From an uncultured Bacteroidales bacterium (GTDB taxonomy: Bacteria > Bacteroidota > Bacteroidia > Bacteroidales > ML635J-15): DNA of 64,000 nucleotides. Location: contig CALJNE010000002.1 in the NCBI GenBank assembly GCA_937982115.1, positions 3,612 to 67,611 of the forward strand, written 5' to 3'. The notes beneath the pieces were generated by a model. That model searched no databases and was not told the DNA's origin. It worked only from the letters and a program-made list of their open reading frames with translations. Positions 38,605 through 48,248 of this stretch are shown here, in pieces; within the stretch, counting starts at the first letter, position 1; each line of letters opens with the position of its first letter. The translations under genes and the position numbers were made by a program.

Positions 38605-40335
38605 ATGAATAAGCCGCGTTGGATAATTAAAGAGAATGGAGATAAAGAAAAGGTTGACAAACTTGCTGAAATAATAAATGTTGATAATATAATTGCCAAT
38701 TTGCTTGTTCAAAGAGGAATAGAAACTTATGATCAGGCAAGAGTTTTTTTTAGACCAGAAATTAGCGATTTGCACAACCCTTTTGAAATGAAAGATATGG
38801 ATATTGCCGTTAAAAGACTTGATCAAGCAATATCCAACAATGAAAAAATACTTATTTACGGCGATTACGATGTTGACGGTACTACCGGAGTAGCTTTGGT
38901 ATACAGATTTTTACGCAAATTCACCGATAAACTATATTTCTATATCCCCGACAGATATAATGAGGGCTATGGAATTTCATTCAAAGGTTTAGATTATGCA
39001 TTAGAAAATAACATATCATTGATTATTGCGGTTGATTGTGGCATAAAAGCAGTAGAAAAAGCAGAATATGCCAGATGCAAGAATATAGATTTAATAGTTT
39101 GCGATCATCATAATCCTGGCGAAAAAATTCCTTGTGCTCTGGCTGTATTAGACCCCAAAAGACCGGAATGCAATTATCCGTACAAAGAATTATCCGGATG
39201 TGGAGTTGCTTTTAAATTATTACAAGCATATTGTATTTATAAAAGTATGGATTATTACGACTTAATTCGGCTTCTTGATTTAGTTGTAGTTTCAATAGGT
39301 TCTGATATTGTTCCGATTACTGGAGAAAACCGGATTTTAGCTTATTACGGATTACAGCAACTAAATACCGAACCATTACCCGGTTTAAAAAGTATAATTG
39401 AACTATCATGCCTAACAGATAAAGAAATACAAATAAACGATATTGTTTTTAAGATCGGACCGAGAATTAATGCTGCAGGCAGAATGAATTCGGGGAATAA
39501 AGCTGTGGAACTGCTAATAACTGACAACTTAGAATATGCAAACGATATTGCCGGTCAAATAAACCTTTTTAATGATAGCCGAAAGGAGTTAGACCACGAC
39601 ATTACCGAGCAAGCTCTGGAAATGATTAAAAATAATCCGAAAGAATTAAATGCTGCCTGCACTGTTCTTTATAATGAAAACTGGCTTAAAGGAGTAATAG
39701 GAATTGTTGCTTCGAGATTAATAGAAACATACCACAGACCAACAATAATTTTTACAAGATCCGGAGACAACGCAACCGGATCCGCAAGGTCTGTTCCCGG
39801 CTTTAACCTCTACGAAGCAATAGAATCCTGTTCAGACCTGCTCGAAAATTTTGGCGGACACATGTATGCAGCCGGACTAACTGTAAAAATTGAAAACTTC
39901 CAGGAATTCAAAAAAAGATTTACTAAATATGTAGAAGAACATATTACCGATGATCAAAAAACACCAGTATTAGAAGCTGACATGCAAATAGAATTAAAAG
40001 ATATTACTCCTAAATTTTACAGAATTTTACGACAATTTGCCCCTTTTGGCCCTCAAAATATGACTCCAACATTTGTTACCAGAGGAGTTTTTGATAACGG
40101 ATCAGGTAAAATTGTCGGAAAAAGTAACGAACATTTAAAACTTAAATTAGTTCAACATCTTGGGGATAATCGCTGCATAGAAGCAATTGGATTCGGATTT
40201 GGTGAATACTACGATAAAATAAAGGATTATAAATCGTTTGATATCTGTTACCAGATATTCGAAAATAATTTTATGAATCAAACTTTTTTACAATTGCTAA
40301 TAAAAGATATACAAAATATTAAAAATTCTTTTTGA
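38605..40335 (+). CDS. recJ: Single-stranded-DNA-specific exonuclease RecJ
   Basis: DHH motifs (IYGDYDVDGTT, VDCG, DHH) and DHHA1 GGHMYAAG. Confidence 0.9.
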   Translation: MNKPRWIIKENGDKEKVDKLAEIINVDNIIANLLVQRGIETYDQARVFFRPEISDLHNPFEMKDMDIAVKRLDQAISNNEKILIYGDYDVDGTTGVALVYRFLRKFTDKLYFYIPDRYNEGYGISFKGLDYALENNISLIIAVDCGIKAVEKAEYARCKNIDLIVCDHHNPGEKIPCALAVLDPKRPECNYPYKELSGCGVAFKLLQAYCIYKSMDYYDLIRLLDLVVVSIGSDIVPITGENRILAYYGLQQLNTEPLPGLKSIIELSCLTDKEIQINDIVFKIGPRINAAGRMNSGNKAVELLITDNLEYANDIAGQINLFNDSRKELDHDITEQALEMIKNNPKELNAACTVLYNENWLKGVIGIVASRLIETYHRPTIIFTRSGDNATGSARSVPGFNLYEAIESCSDLLENFGGHMYAAGLTVKIENFQEFKKRFTKYVEEHITDDQKTPVLEADMQIELKDITPKFYRILRQFAPFGPQNMTPTFVTRGVFDNGSGKIVGKSNEHLKLKLVQHLGDNRCIEAIGFGFGEYYDKIKDYKSFDICYQIFENNFMNQTFLQLLIKDIQNIKNSF

Positions 40336-40422
40336 AAAAAATTTTTTTTAATTTTGGAGCAACTATTTTGTATAAAATTTCGTTATATTTGTTAAATAAA
40401 AATAACTCTAATCAATACTGTT

Positions 40423-41229
40423 ATGAAAAAAACAATTTTGGTACCCCATGATTTTTCAGAAGTTGGTGATTTTGCATTAGAACATGCCTATATGATTAGC
40501 AAATCTTCTAACAGCCCTATTAATCTGATTCACATAGTTAGAAAAACCTCTCAAATTGAAGAAGCAAAACGAAGACTTCAGGAAATTGCAGATAATTTCA
40601 TTGCAAACAAAACTAAGTCTGATGTCCAAATAAATGTTGACGTTAGAAGAGGAAATTTATTTAAAGAAATATATAATTACGGAGTTGAAATTGATGCATA
40701 TCTTGCAGTTATGGGAACTCATGGCGAAAAAACCGTAAAAAAAGCCATGAAAGTTGTAAAAAAGTTCGTTAAGATTCCTTTTATTCTTGTACAAAATCCG
40801 GTGGAACACGGCGAATATGATAGAATTTTAGTGCCAATTGATCATGATAAAAGTGCAAGAATTAAAATTCAATGGATAAGGTACATAAACACTCTTTTCA
40901 AAAGCAATGTTTATATAATTACTCACAATTACTCCGACGGATTTAAACAAAAATCCCTTGCAGCAAACGTTAAATTTGCCCAAAATTGGTTTGAAAGAGA
41001 ATTAATTGATTTTGATATTAAAGTTCTCGAAAACGGGAAGAATTTTGCTGATGAAATTTATAATTACGCCAATGAAGTTAAAGCTGATTTAATATTGGTA
41101 ATGACCGATAAATATCGTGGATACGTAAGAGATTTAAAACGTGCTGCAAATAAGGATTTATTTAAGAAAATTCCAATAATGTGCGTAAACAAAAGAACCG
41201 ATATTATAAAACTTGGCGGTTTTAATTAA
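40423..41229 (+). CDS. Universal stress protein (tandem Usp domains)
   Basis: ILVPHDFSE..., MGTHGE and VLVM-type motifs, present twice. Confidence 0.7.
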   Translation: MKKTILVPHDFSEVGDFALEHAYMISKSSNSPINLIHIVRKTSQIEEAKRRLQEIADNFIANKTKSDVQINVDVRRGNLFKEIYNYGVEIDAYLAVMGTHGEKTVKKAMKVVKKFVKIPFILVQNPVEHGEYDRILVPIDHDKSARIKIQWIRYINTLFKSNVYIITHNYSDGFKQKSLAANVKFAQNWFERELIDFDIKVLENGKNFADEIYNYANEVKADLILVMTDKYRGYVRDLKRAANKDLFKKIPIMCVNKRTDIIKLGGFN

Positions 41230-41711
41230 TACCTACTACTAATTGATATTTTTTTCGGCTTAATTTTTTCTTCGTAAAGTAATTTTATAACTTTATTAGT
41301 TGCATTTACAAGGTCTTTATATAGTTCTTCTACTTTAATTATTATTGTTCCGTTTTCCATTATAAGGTGTTTAAAGTTTTCAGAATCTTGGTTTCCAACA
41401 ATCAATAGTGAGGATGTTGGTATGAACATGTGTGTAAGGCAAGCTCGCATTTGTGTATATAAAAATGACTTTGAATTTAATTCAGCGTATTTCTTTGGAA
41501 AAAGCTTATTTAAAGCCAGTTCAAAACGTTTTGCAGATAAGCCTTTAGCCCTCATAGGTTTATCATCTAAATATGCTCCCAAAACTTCAATTGCTTGAGC
41601 AGCAATCATTACTGTCAGAACATTTTCATTTTGATTTAAAACTTTCGAAACAGCTTCGATTAATCTTTTATTCAAAAAATCAATGTGTTCTTCTTTTGTT
41701 TGAAGCAGCAT
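41226..41711 (-). CDS. Hypothetical protein
   Basis: 161-aa ORF whose ATG overlaps the stop of the upstream barrel gene. No recognisable motif. Confidence 0.45.
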   Translation of the reverse strand: MLLQTKEEHIDFLNKRLIEAVSKVLNQNENVLTVMIAAQAIEVLGAYLDDKPMRAKGLSAKRFELALNKLFPKKYAELNSKSFLYTQMRACLTHMFIPTSSLLIVGNQDSENFKHLIMENGTIIIKVEELYKDLVNATNKVIKLLYEEKIKPKKISISSRY

Positions 41712-43801
41712 TAAAATTTATATCTAAGTTGAAGTTTTACGTCTGTTTTATTACGCCCGTTAATTTTATCCAATCCGCTGCTAATATAATCTCTGTCGTT
41801 AAAATAAGTATTGGAAATTCTGAACCAAAAATCCAGGTTTTTAGAAGCTGTGTATTTTACTACAAAAACATTTCTAATCCCCTGTCCATAATATGCAGGA
41901 ACAGAAAATCCGTATAGTACATCGGGCTCATAAGCATAAATCGCGGCATCATAAGAATCAATTTCAAAAACAGCTACACGTACGGTAAATGTTAAGGGCA
42001 ATCTGTCTGGTTTATACTGGAAATCCTGATAAATCATAAATCCCCAGTCATCTCGTTCATTGATTTTATAATTCGAGAGTTCTACTCTACTCTTAAGCGT
42101 TAAATTTTTATTAACAACATAGTTTAAATGATACCTGTATCTTGTTGTACTATAATCTGTTAGCGGTCTTATTCCGTTAGTAATTTCAGTATTATTTTTT
42201 TGTTTTGTTTTATTCCTGTACCGGAAATACATATCTAAATTGCGTTTTGGAAAATAAGAAACCTGCACAAGCATATCGTTACCGGTTGAAGGCGAGTTTA
42301 CACCATATCTCAACCAAGGATAATTCCACGAGTCAAAAAAAGTTTCAATCTTCCAGTATTTGCGTGGAAATATCTCTGCTCCAATGAATAATCCCGATTC
42401 ATTGTATGCCTTATTTCCTTCGGAAAATGGATTTGCATACATATTTTGATAATCAGGACGATAATACCTATGTACGAGTGACATTTTAAATTCGGGAACA
42501 AAATCAATCAAAGCACCATTAAGGCTTGCCCAACCTAAATTCTGGCTCAGAGAAGTTTCTCCGAACAAAATAAGCTTATTCTGAGTATAAATATAATCAA
42601 CCCCAAAGTTAGAATTTGAACTCCCCATAAAATCAAAAAATCTGTATGGCTCTGTCCTGATGCCTACCGGGATAGAATAATTATAATATACTCCGGTTGC
42701 TCCAATTTTAAATCTACTTAACGTATAGTTCGCATTAAAACCGGTAACAAATTCTGAAATGGTTTTTCTCCTCTTTATTTCGGATGGTGTTCTGTGATAT
42801 CCGGTTTCAAGAAAAGAAGTTATATATTGTTCTTCAAGTATGTCGGAATCTGTTGTATCTGATACTGAAGTTATTGTACCATCAATATTTTTGTATGAAA
42901 TAAATTCTGTAAAACTAAATTTACCCAAACTAATAGTAGCCGCCTGTCCTCTGAAAAAAGAAGTTTCGTTTACGGAACTATACTTGTTGATACCTCTAGC
43001 TTTTTTCATTACTCCCGAAAGACTGCTGGTTTTACCGAAACTCAAGCCACTCCAAAGTGTTAGACCTTGTCCGAATTGTGCTAAATAATCACCAACAATA
43101 ATTTTCTTAAATTTCCAAACATCATTTACCTGCAAATGAGCAGAATAAAAATCAAAACCATATTTTTGTGCTCCTCTGAAGAATTGTTCGCCATCATCCT
43201 TCTCGGCAGTTATTCCAAACAATAAGCGATTTTTAAATTGAAATGAATGTCGAAAATAAAGCTTATACGGGCTTCCTAAATAACGGCTTTTATCTGGATT
43301 TATGGCAAGAATGCTATCCGGGATAGGAATATATCCGGCTTTTTGCTGTAAAGTTTGCTGATAGCGTAAAAACGTAACATTTTTACCTAAAGTTAATGCC
43401 TTTTTCAAATCAAGTGTCTCTGTCTTTCTAACATCACCAACAGTAACAAACGGCAATAACCTTTTCAGCGTCAGCAAATCAATACCATCAACAAACTGCA
43501 ACTCATATAAACTCATGAAATTGCCATATTTTTTCCTGTATTTAATAATAGAATAAATCTGAAATTCATTCAAAAAAAGTAATTCCTTAAGTTGAGTTTC
43601 GGTTACCTGATTAAGATCAATAGGATCATACCAGTATTTTTCGAGAGCATCAAATAAGGTTGTATAATCCAATTCGGAATCCGTAGAAGAGGCAATTTCT
43701 TCGATAATTTCGTCGAGCCTGCTTAAAGTTTCCTCCTGAGATATTGCCATGAGTGGAAAACTAAGAATCGAAATAAATATAATAAGTCTCTTAAAAAGCA
43801 T
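41711..43801 (-). CDS. Outer-membrane beta-barrel-like protein with N-terminal helix-hairpin-helix (ComEA-like) domain
   Basis: Signal peptide. HhH segment TETQLKELLFLNEFQIYSIIKYRKKYGNFMSLYELQFVDGIDLLTLKRLLPFV. Long alternating aromatic/beta-strand region ending ...LQLRYKF, an OMP-type C-terminal Phe. Confidence 0.6.
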   Translation of the reverse strand: MLFKRLIIFISILSFPLMAISQEETLSRLDEIIEEIASSTDSELDYTTLFDALEKYWYDPIDLNQVTETQLKELLFLNEFQIYSIIKYRKKYGNFMSLYELQFVDGIDLLTLKRLLPFVTVGDVRKTETLDLKKALTLGKNVTFLRYQQTLQQKAGYIPIPDSILAINPDKSRYLGSPYKLYFRHSFQFKNRLLFGITAEKDDGEQFFRGAQKYGFDFYSAHLQVNDVWKFKKIIVGDYLAQFGQGLTLWSGLSFGKTSSLSGVMKKARGINKYSSVNETSFFRGQAATISLGKFSFTEFISYKNIDGTITSVSDTTDSDILEEQYITSFLETGYHRTPSEIKRRKTISEFVTGFNANYTLSRFKIGATGVYYNYSIPVGIRTEPYRFFDFMGSSNSNFGVDYIYTQNKLILFGETSLSQNLGWASLNGALIDFVPEFKMSLVHRYYRPDYQNMYANPFSEGNKAYNESGLFIGAEIFPRKYWKIETFFDSWNYPWLRYGVNSPSTGNDMLVQVSYFPKRNLDMYFRYRNKTKQKNNTEITNGIRPLTDYSTTRYRYHLNYVVNKNLTLKSRVELSNYKINERDDWGFMIYQDFQYKPDRLPLTFTVRVAVFEIDSYDAAIYAYEPDVLYGFSVPAYYGQGIRNVFVVKYTASKNLDFWFRISNTYFNDRDYISSGLDKINGRNKTDVKLQLRYKF

Positions 43802-44609
43802 AGTTTAATGAAAGTTTTGGAGTACTGCCTAAAACATTGTGATAAGCATAAGATAAATCCAGATTAAAATCAGAAATTTTATAACCTATTCCAAAAGTGT
43901 ATTCAATAGGATAAAATGCGACTCCGGTTCTAAACATAAATTTATCGTTAATTGTGTATTCAATGCCGGATCGAAAAACCTGAGTAAAGCCGTTTATTGA
44001 TTTTCCGGTTTCTACTGCCAACAAAAGAGAATTACTGAATTTATAAGACAATCCCATTCTCAAGCAAAACGGTAATTTAAAAGTATTATCGGCAAAATAC
44101 GAAACATTAACCGGATTTGCGATATAGGTTGCTATTCTAAGATTTTTTCCCTGAAGAAATAAAGCTCCAATTTCAAAGCTCATGCCGTGAAAATTACCAT
44201 AATCGGCAGATTGTCGCATACTGAAATAATTAGCATTTAAGCCAAGAAAAAAGTTGTTAAAAAGTTGTTGTGAAAATCCTAAAGAAGCTTTTTGCTTATT
44301 AAAAGAAGAAAAACCAAAATTGGCAAATCCCACGTTAATTGTAGTACCTCCCAATGGAGCAGCAAATGCAAGAGCCGAGAATCCTGTTTCTTTTAAAATA
44401 AAACGATTTTCATAATAAATTCCTGCATTTATTCTTTCCAGCTGAGCTGTTCCGGCTGGATTATTAAACACAGCCCAAACATCACTTAAAGTAACAGAGG
44501 CATATCCCATTGCGGATTGTCTGCCTCCGGGATTGATGTTTTCAGTTTGAGAATAAGCAATTGTTAAGCAAAAAAACAGCGATAAAACTGATATTTTTAA
44601 TTTCAACAT
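43791..44609 (-). CDS. PorV/PorQ-like outer-membrane beta-barrel protein
   Basis: Signal peptide; GGRQSAMGYASVTLSDVWAVFNNPAG resembles the PorV/PorQ/FadL-like N-terminal signature; C-terminal ...LSLNYAF. Confidence 0.5.
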   Translation of the reverse strand: MLKLKISVLSLFFCLTIAYSQTENINPGGRQSAMGYASVTLSDVWAVFNNPAGTAQLERINAGIYYENRFILKETGFSALAFAAPLGGTTINVGFANFGFSSFNKQKASLGFSQQLFNNFFLGLNANYFSMRQSADYGNFHGMSFEIGALFLQGKNLRIATYIANPVNVSYFADNTFKLPFCLRMGLSYKFSNSLLLAVETGKSINGFTQVFRSGIEYTINDKFMFRTGVAFYPIEYTFGIGYKISDFNLDLSYAYHNVLGSTPKLSLNYAF

Positions 44610-44622
44610 TTTGAAAAAATAT

Positions 44623-45129
44623 TTAATTTACTCTATATTCAAACTTATAAGATTTAAGTTCTTCATTAGCTTTAACAATTTTTTCCTTCAGATTTTCTTT
44701 AAACGCTTTCAATTTTTGAGCTAATTCCGGATCGCCAGTAGCGATAATCTGAGCAGCTAGAATAGCAGCATTTTGAGCTCCATTAATTGCAACAGTCGCA
44801 ACAGGTATTCCGGGCGGCATCTGAACTATTGCCAACAAAGCATCCATTCCATCCAGACTTGCATTAATCGGAACTCCAATAACCGGTATTGTTGTCATGG
44901 CTGCAATAACTCCACATAAATGAGCTGCCATACCTGCACCAGCAATGATAACTTTTATCCCCCTTTCTGCTGCTCCTTTAGCAAACTTTTCTACCTCCTC
45001 CGGAGTACGATGAGCAGAAAGAGCGTTTATTTCAAACGGAATTTGAAATTCATTCAACTGAACGGCGGCCTTCTCCATTATTTTATAATCATTGGCCGAT
45101 CCCATAATAATACTTACAACAGGTTTCAT
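44623..45129 (-). CDS. purE: 5-(carboxyamino)imidazole ribonucleotide mutase
   Basis: VSIIMGSANDY, SAHRTP and GAGMAAHLCGVIAA motifs. Start set at the ATG giving MKPVVSII. Confidence 0.9.
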   Translation of the reverse strand: MKPVVSIIMGSANDYKIMEKAAVQLNEFQIPFEINALSAHRTPEEVEKFAKGAAERGIKVIIAGAGMAAHLCGVIAAMTTIPVIGVPINASLDGMDALLAIVQMPPGIPVATVAINGAQNAAILAAQIIATGDPELAQKLKAFKENLKEKIVKANEELKSYKFEYRVN

Positions 45130-45218
45130 AATTCTCTTTTTAATTTTTGGTAAAAATAAATATTTTTTTTTAATTTTGTAACAAATTGAACAAATAAATA
45201 ACAATAAAATTTTCTGTA

Positions 45219-45755
45219 ATGAACGAGATTAAAATTTTAGACAAAGTTTTTAAACCTTACATTTCTTACAACGAAATCGAAAAAAGAATTAAAGAACTGG
45301 CTCAGCAAATCGAAAAAGATTATGCTGATAAAGACCCTCTTTTTATTAGCATATTAAATGGATCGTTCATGTTTGCTGCCGAGTTGTTTAAAAACTTAAA
45401 TATCCCTTGCAACATTACTTTTGTTAAACTTGCTTCATATCAAGGAACACAAAGTACAGGAAAGATAAAAGAACTTGTTGGTTTTAATGAACAAATCGAA
45501 GGTAGAACGGTTATTGTTATAGAAGACATTGTTGATACAGGTAATACGATTATTGATATTGTGAAAGATTTAGAATCTAAAAATCCTGAAGAAATTGTTA
45601 TATGCACTCTGTTGCTTAAACCTGAGGCATACAATAATTCTTTCCCAATAAAATACAGGTGCTTCGAAATTCCCAATGATTTTATTGTGGGCTTCGGACT
45701 TGACTATAACTCTTACGGTAGAAACTTAAAAGATATTTATGTAATAAGTAATTAA
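45219..45755 (+). CDS. hpt: Hypoxanthine phosphoribosyltransferase
   Basis: PRPP-binding VIVIEDIVDTGNT; 178 aa. Confidence 0.85.
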   Translation: MNEIKILDKVFKPYISYNEIEKRIKELAQQIEKDYADKDPLFISILNGSFMFAAELFKNLNIPCNITFVKLASYQGTQSTGKIKELVGFNEQIEGRTVIVIEDIVDTGNTIIDIVKDLESKNPEEIVICTLLLKPEAYNNSFPIKYRCFEIPNDFIVGFGLDYNSYGRNLKDIYVISN

Positions 45756-45767
45756 AAAAATAATTAT

Positions 45768-46940
45768 ATGCTTAATATTGCTTTATTCGGACCTCCCGGT
45801 GCAGGGAAAGGAACTCAGGCCAAAAGACTTGCCGAAAAATACAATCTCACCTACATTTCAACCGGTGATATTCTAAGAAGAGAAATTGCTGAAGGAACAT
45901 CCTTAGGACTTGAGGCAAAGTCAATTATTGAACAAGGTGGCTTGGTTTCAGACGAAATCATTGTGCAAATTATCGAACGAAGTATAAGAATGAATCCCGA
46001 TTCTAACGGTATTCTTTTCGACGGTTTCCCTCGAACTTATGCTCAGGCTTATATTTTAGATGGCTTGTTGCTGAAAATGAATACTAAATTGTCATGTTTA
46101 TTAAGCCTTGAAGTGCCAAGAGAGGAACTTGTTAAAAGAATGATGCTCAGAGCCGAAAAAGAAGGCCGTGCCGATGATAAAATCGAAATTATTGAAAATC
46201 GCCTCAGAGAATACGACCTAAAAACTGTTCCGGTAATTGATTTCTACAAAAATCAAAATAAATTCTATCCAATTGACGGTATCGGAACTGTTGACGAAGT
46301 GTATGAAAGACTCACAAATACTATTGAAGAAATACTTGCTCAAACTCTGTTAAATGTCGTATTTTTCGGACGTCCCGGAGCGGGAAAAGGAACTCAGGCA
46401 AAACGCATAGCCGAAAAATTTGGACTCGAATACGTTTCAACCGGCGAAATGATACGGAAAGAAGTTGCTGCACAAACAGAACTTGGAAAAATTGCTCAAC
46501 CATATCTCGAAAAAGGTGATATAGTTCCGGATGACGTGGCTATCAGGCTTATTGAACGTAAACTTGCCGAAACAAAAAATGCTAAAGGATTCATTTTTAA
46601 AGGATTTCCTTCAACACTTGTGCAGGCATACATACTTGGTGGCTTGCTGAAAAAATTAGACTCCTCGGTTTCTCTGGTTATTGAATTAAAAACTTCTACA
46701 CTTCAAGCTATGAAGAGACTCACTGCCAGAGCAAAAACAGATAAAGCAAGAACCTACGACCTCAATCCCGAAACTATAATACATCGCCTCGAAGTATTTC
46801 AGGAACGAAGCGAAAAAATAAGGGATTTTTATATTCAACAAAACAAACTTATCAGCTTTAATGGCGATCAAGATGCTGAAACTCTAAACAAACAAATCGA
46901 AGCAGTGATCGAAAAAGCCTTTAAAGAAATAAGAAAATAG
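45768..46940 (+). CDS. adk: Tandem (double-domain) adenylate kinase
   Basis: Two full Adk-like halves in one ORF. Residues 1-~190 carry GPPGAGKGT, TGDILR, GFPR and GRADD. Residues ~195-390 carry GRPGAGKGT, TGEMIR, GFPS and ARTYD. Confidence 0.85.
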   Translation: MLNIALFGPPGAGKGTQAKRLAEKYNLTYISTGDILRREIAEGTSLGLEAKSIIEQGGLVSDEIIVQIIERSIRMNPDSNGILFDGFPRTYAQAYILDGLLLKMNTKLSCLLSLEVPREELVKRMMLRAEKEGRADDKIEIIENRLREYDLKTVPVIDFYKNQNKFYPIDGIGTVDEVYERLTNTIEEILAQTLLNVVFFGRPGAGKGTQAKRIAEKFGLEYVSTGEMIRKEVAAQTELGKIAQPYLEKGDIVPDDVAIRLIERKLAETKNAKGFIFKGFPSTLVQAYILGGLLKKLDSSVSLVIELKTSTLQAMKRLTARAKTDKARTYDLNPETIIHRLEVFQERSEKIRDFYIQQNKLISFNGDQDAETLNKQIEAVIEKAFKEIRK

Positions 46941-47059
46941 AAGATAATTTTTAAATTACTCGAATAGTATAAGTTATTTTTGAGATTTTTTGTAATACCT
47001 AATTGCTCATTATTAGTGTTTACTAACAATTATTGAAAGCTGAGCCTTGTTATATTCAA

Positions 47060-47566
47060 TTACTTATAATCATTAGTCCTTACATTAAACGAAAAATATT
47101 TTTGCATAAAGTAAGAATATAAAATAACAATGCCAGTAGTTAATATTTTTGATATTGTTGGCCAGATAAAGCACACTTCCACAAAAAATTTTAATAAAAC
47201 ATAGTTTAAAATAATTGACCCCGTAACAGATACTCCATATCTGAATAACTGTTTGTGACCTCGAAAAACAGATTGAGTAAAGGTTACATATTTTGCCAAT
47301 AAAAATCCCGTTGTAAAAGTAATCGGAAAAACAATTAAAAAAGCTGCTATATGGGATGAGATAACAATAATACCAAAATCAAGATTATTCTTTTTTAAAA
47401 TAAAATTGTAAAAAACAAAATATAAAAAAATATCAAAGGCTGTGTTCAATCCTCCTGTAAAAGCATATCTGTAAGTTAATCTCGGCATAAACCTGCTAAA
47501 TACCGGATATGTAAAATCACAAACCTTAACAATACTATTTTTTATCCATCTTAGCATAAAAAACAT
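47060..47566 (-). CDS. GtrA-family membrane protein
   Basis: 4 TM segments; YAFTGGLNTAFDIFLYF and final VILYSYFMQKYFSF pattern typical of GtrA-like proteins. Confidence 0.7.
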   Translation of the reverse strand: MFFMLRWIKNSIVKVCDFTYPVFSRFMPRLTYRYAFTGGLNTAFDIFLYFVFYNFILKKNNLDFGIIVISSHIAAFLIVFPITFTTGFLLAKYVTFTQSVFRGHKQLFRYGVSVTGSIILNYVLLKFFVEVCFIWPTISKILTTGIVILYSYFMQKYFSFNVRTNDYK

Positions 47567-47749
47567 TTAAAAATTACATCCACTCACTTTATAAACTTTC
47601 ATCTCTTTTTATTCTATATCTCCTATAAGGTTTAAGACTAAAAGCTGACGGGCATTTTGGAGCATGCTTCGTCTTTGCTCAGCATGAAATGCACTGTCAA
47701 TATGCGATAAAGTTTATTAGGTGCACAGTCCGCTTGATTTTAGTCATTG

Positions 47750-48244
47750 TCATAGATAGTATGTATTATATTCAATGTCAAATAATTCTGCAGGGTTAAT
47801 TTTAAACTGTAACATTTTTGCTGTAACTCTGCCTCCGTCGCCACCTTTTCTTTGCATTGTAATTCGTCCTATTTTAAAATTTTCTCTGTCAGTAATTTCA
47901 ATTTCTTCATTTCCAAAAAAGTTTAAGCAAAAATTCATTGGTTTAAGTACCCATCTTTTATCTATATGATTATATCCCTTAGGATTACTTACTAATTTAA
48001 CTTGCAAATTTTCAACATCAATCGCTTTTTTAAGTTTTATTATAACCTGAACTTGAACATCTGTTTTAAAACCCGATAATTTTACAGCTTCAACATGCTC
48101 AATTTCCGAAAGTTTATATTTCATTAAAATTAGCCATGCTTGAGCATCTTTATCTTTTTTCCAATTGTTAAACTTCTTAACTATATCATCCTCATTTTTA
48201 AACCCGTCTTTGGCTGTTTGAGAGCCTCTTTTAATTAAATCCAT
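47750..48244 (-). CDS. Type II restriction endonuclease, HinP1I/MspI-like, unusually short (possibly internally deleted)
   Basis: E18 and D62-X18-Q81-X-K83 read directly from the translation. N-terminus GSQTAKDGFKNEDDIVKKFNNW and C-terminus ITMQRKGGDGGRVTAKMLQFKINPAELFDI match my recollection of R.HinP1I. Lies 4 nt downstream of a DNA methyltransferase. Confidence 0.5.
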   Translation of the reverse strand: MDLIKRGSQTAKDGFKNEDDIVKKFNNWKKDKDAQAWLILMKYKLSEIEHVEAVKLSGFKTDVQVQVIIKLKKAIDVENLQVKLVSNPKGYNHIDKRWVLKPMNFCLNFFGNEEIEITDRENFKIGRITMQRKGGDGGRVTAKMLQFKINPAELFDIEYNTYYL

Positions 48245-48248
48245 AATG

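Noticed and set aside
38235-38826. ORF 38578..38826(-) and possible regulatory RNA in the 370-bp lysS/recJ divergent region
   Set aside because: The ORF overlaps the recJ start in antisense and has no motifs. I saw no conserved-looking structure, riboswitch-like GC-rich core or terminator in the gap.
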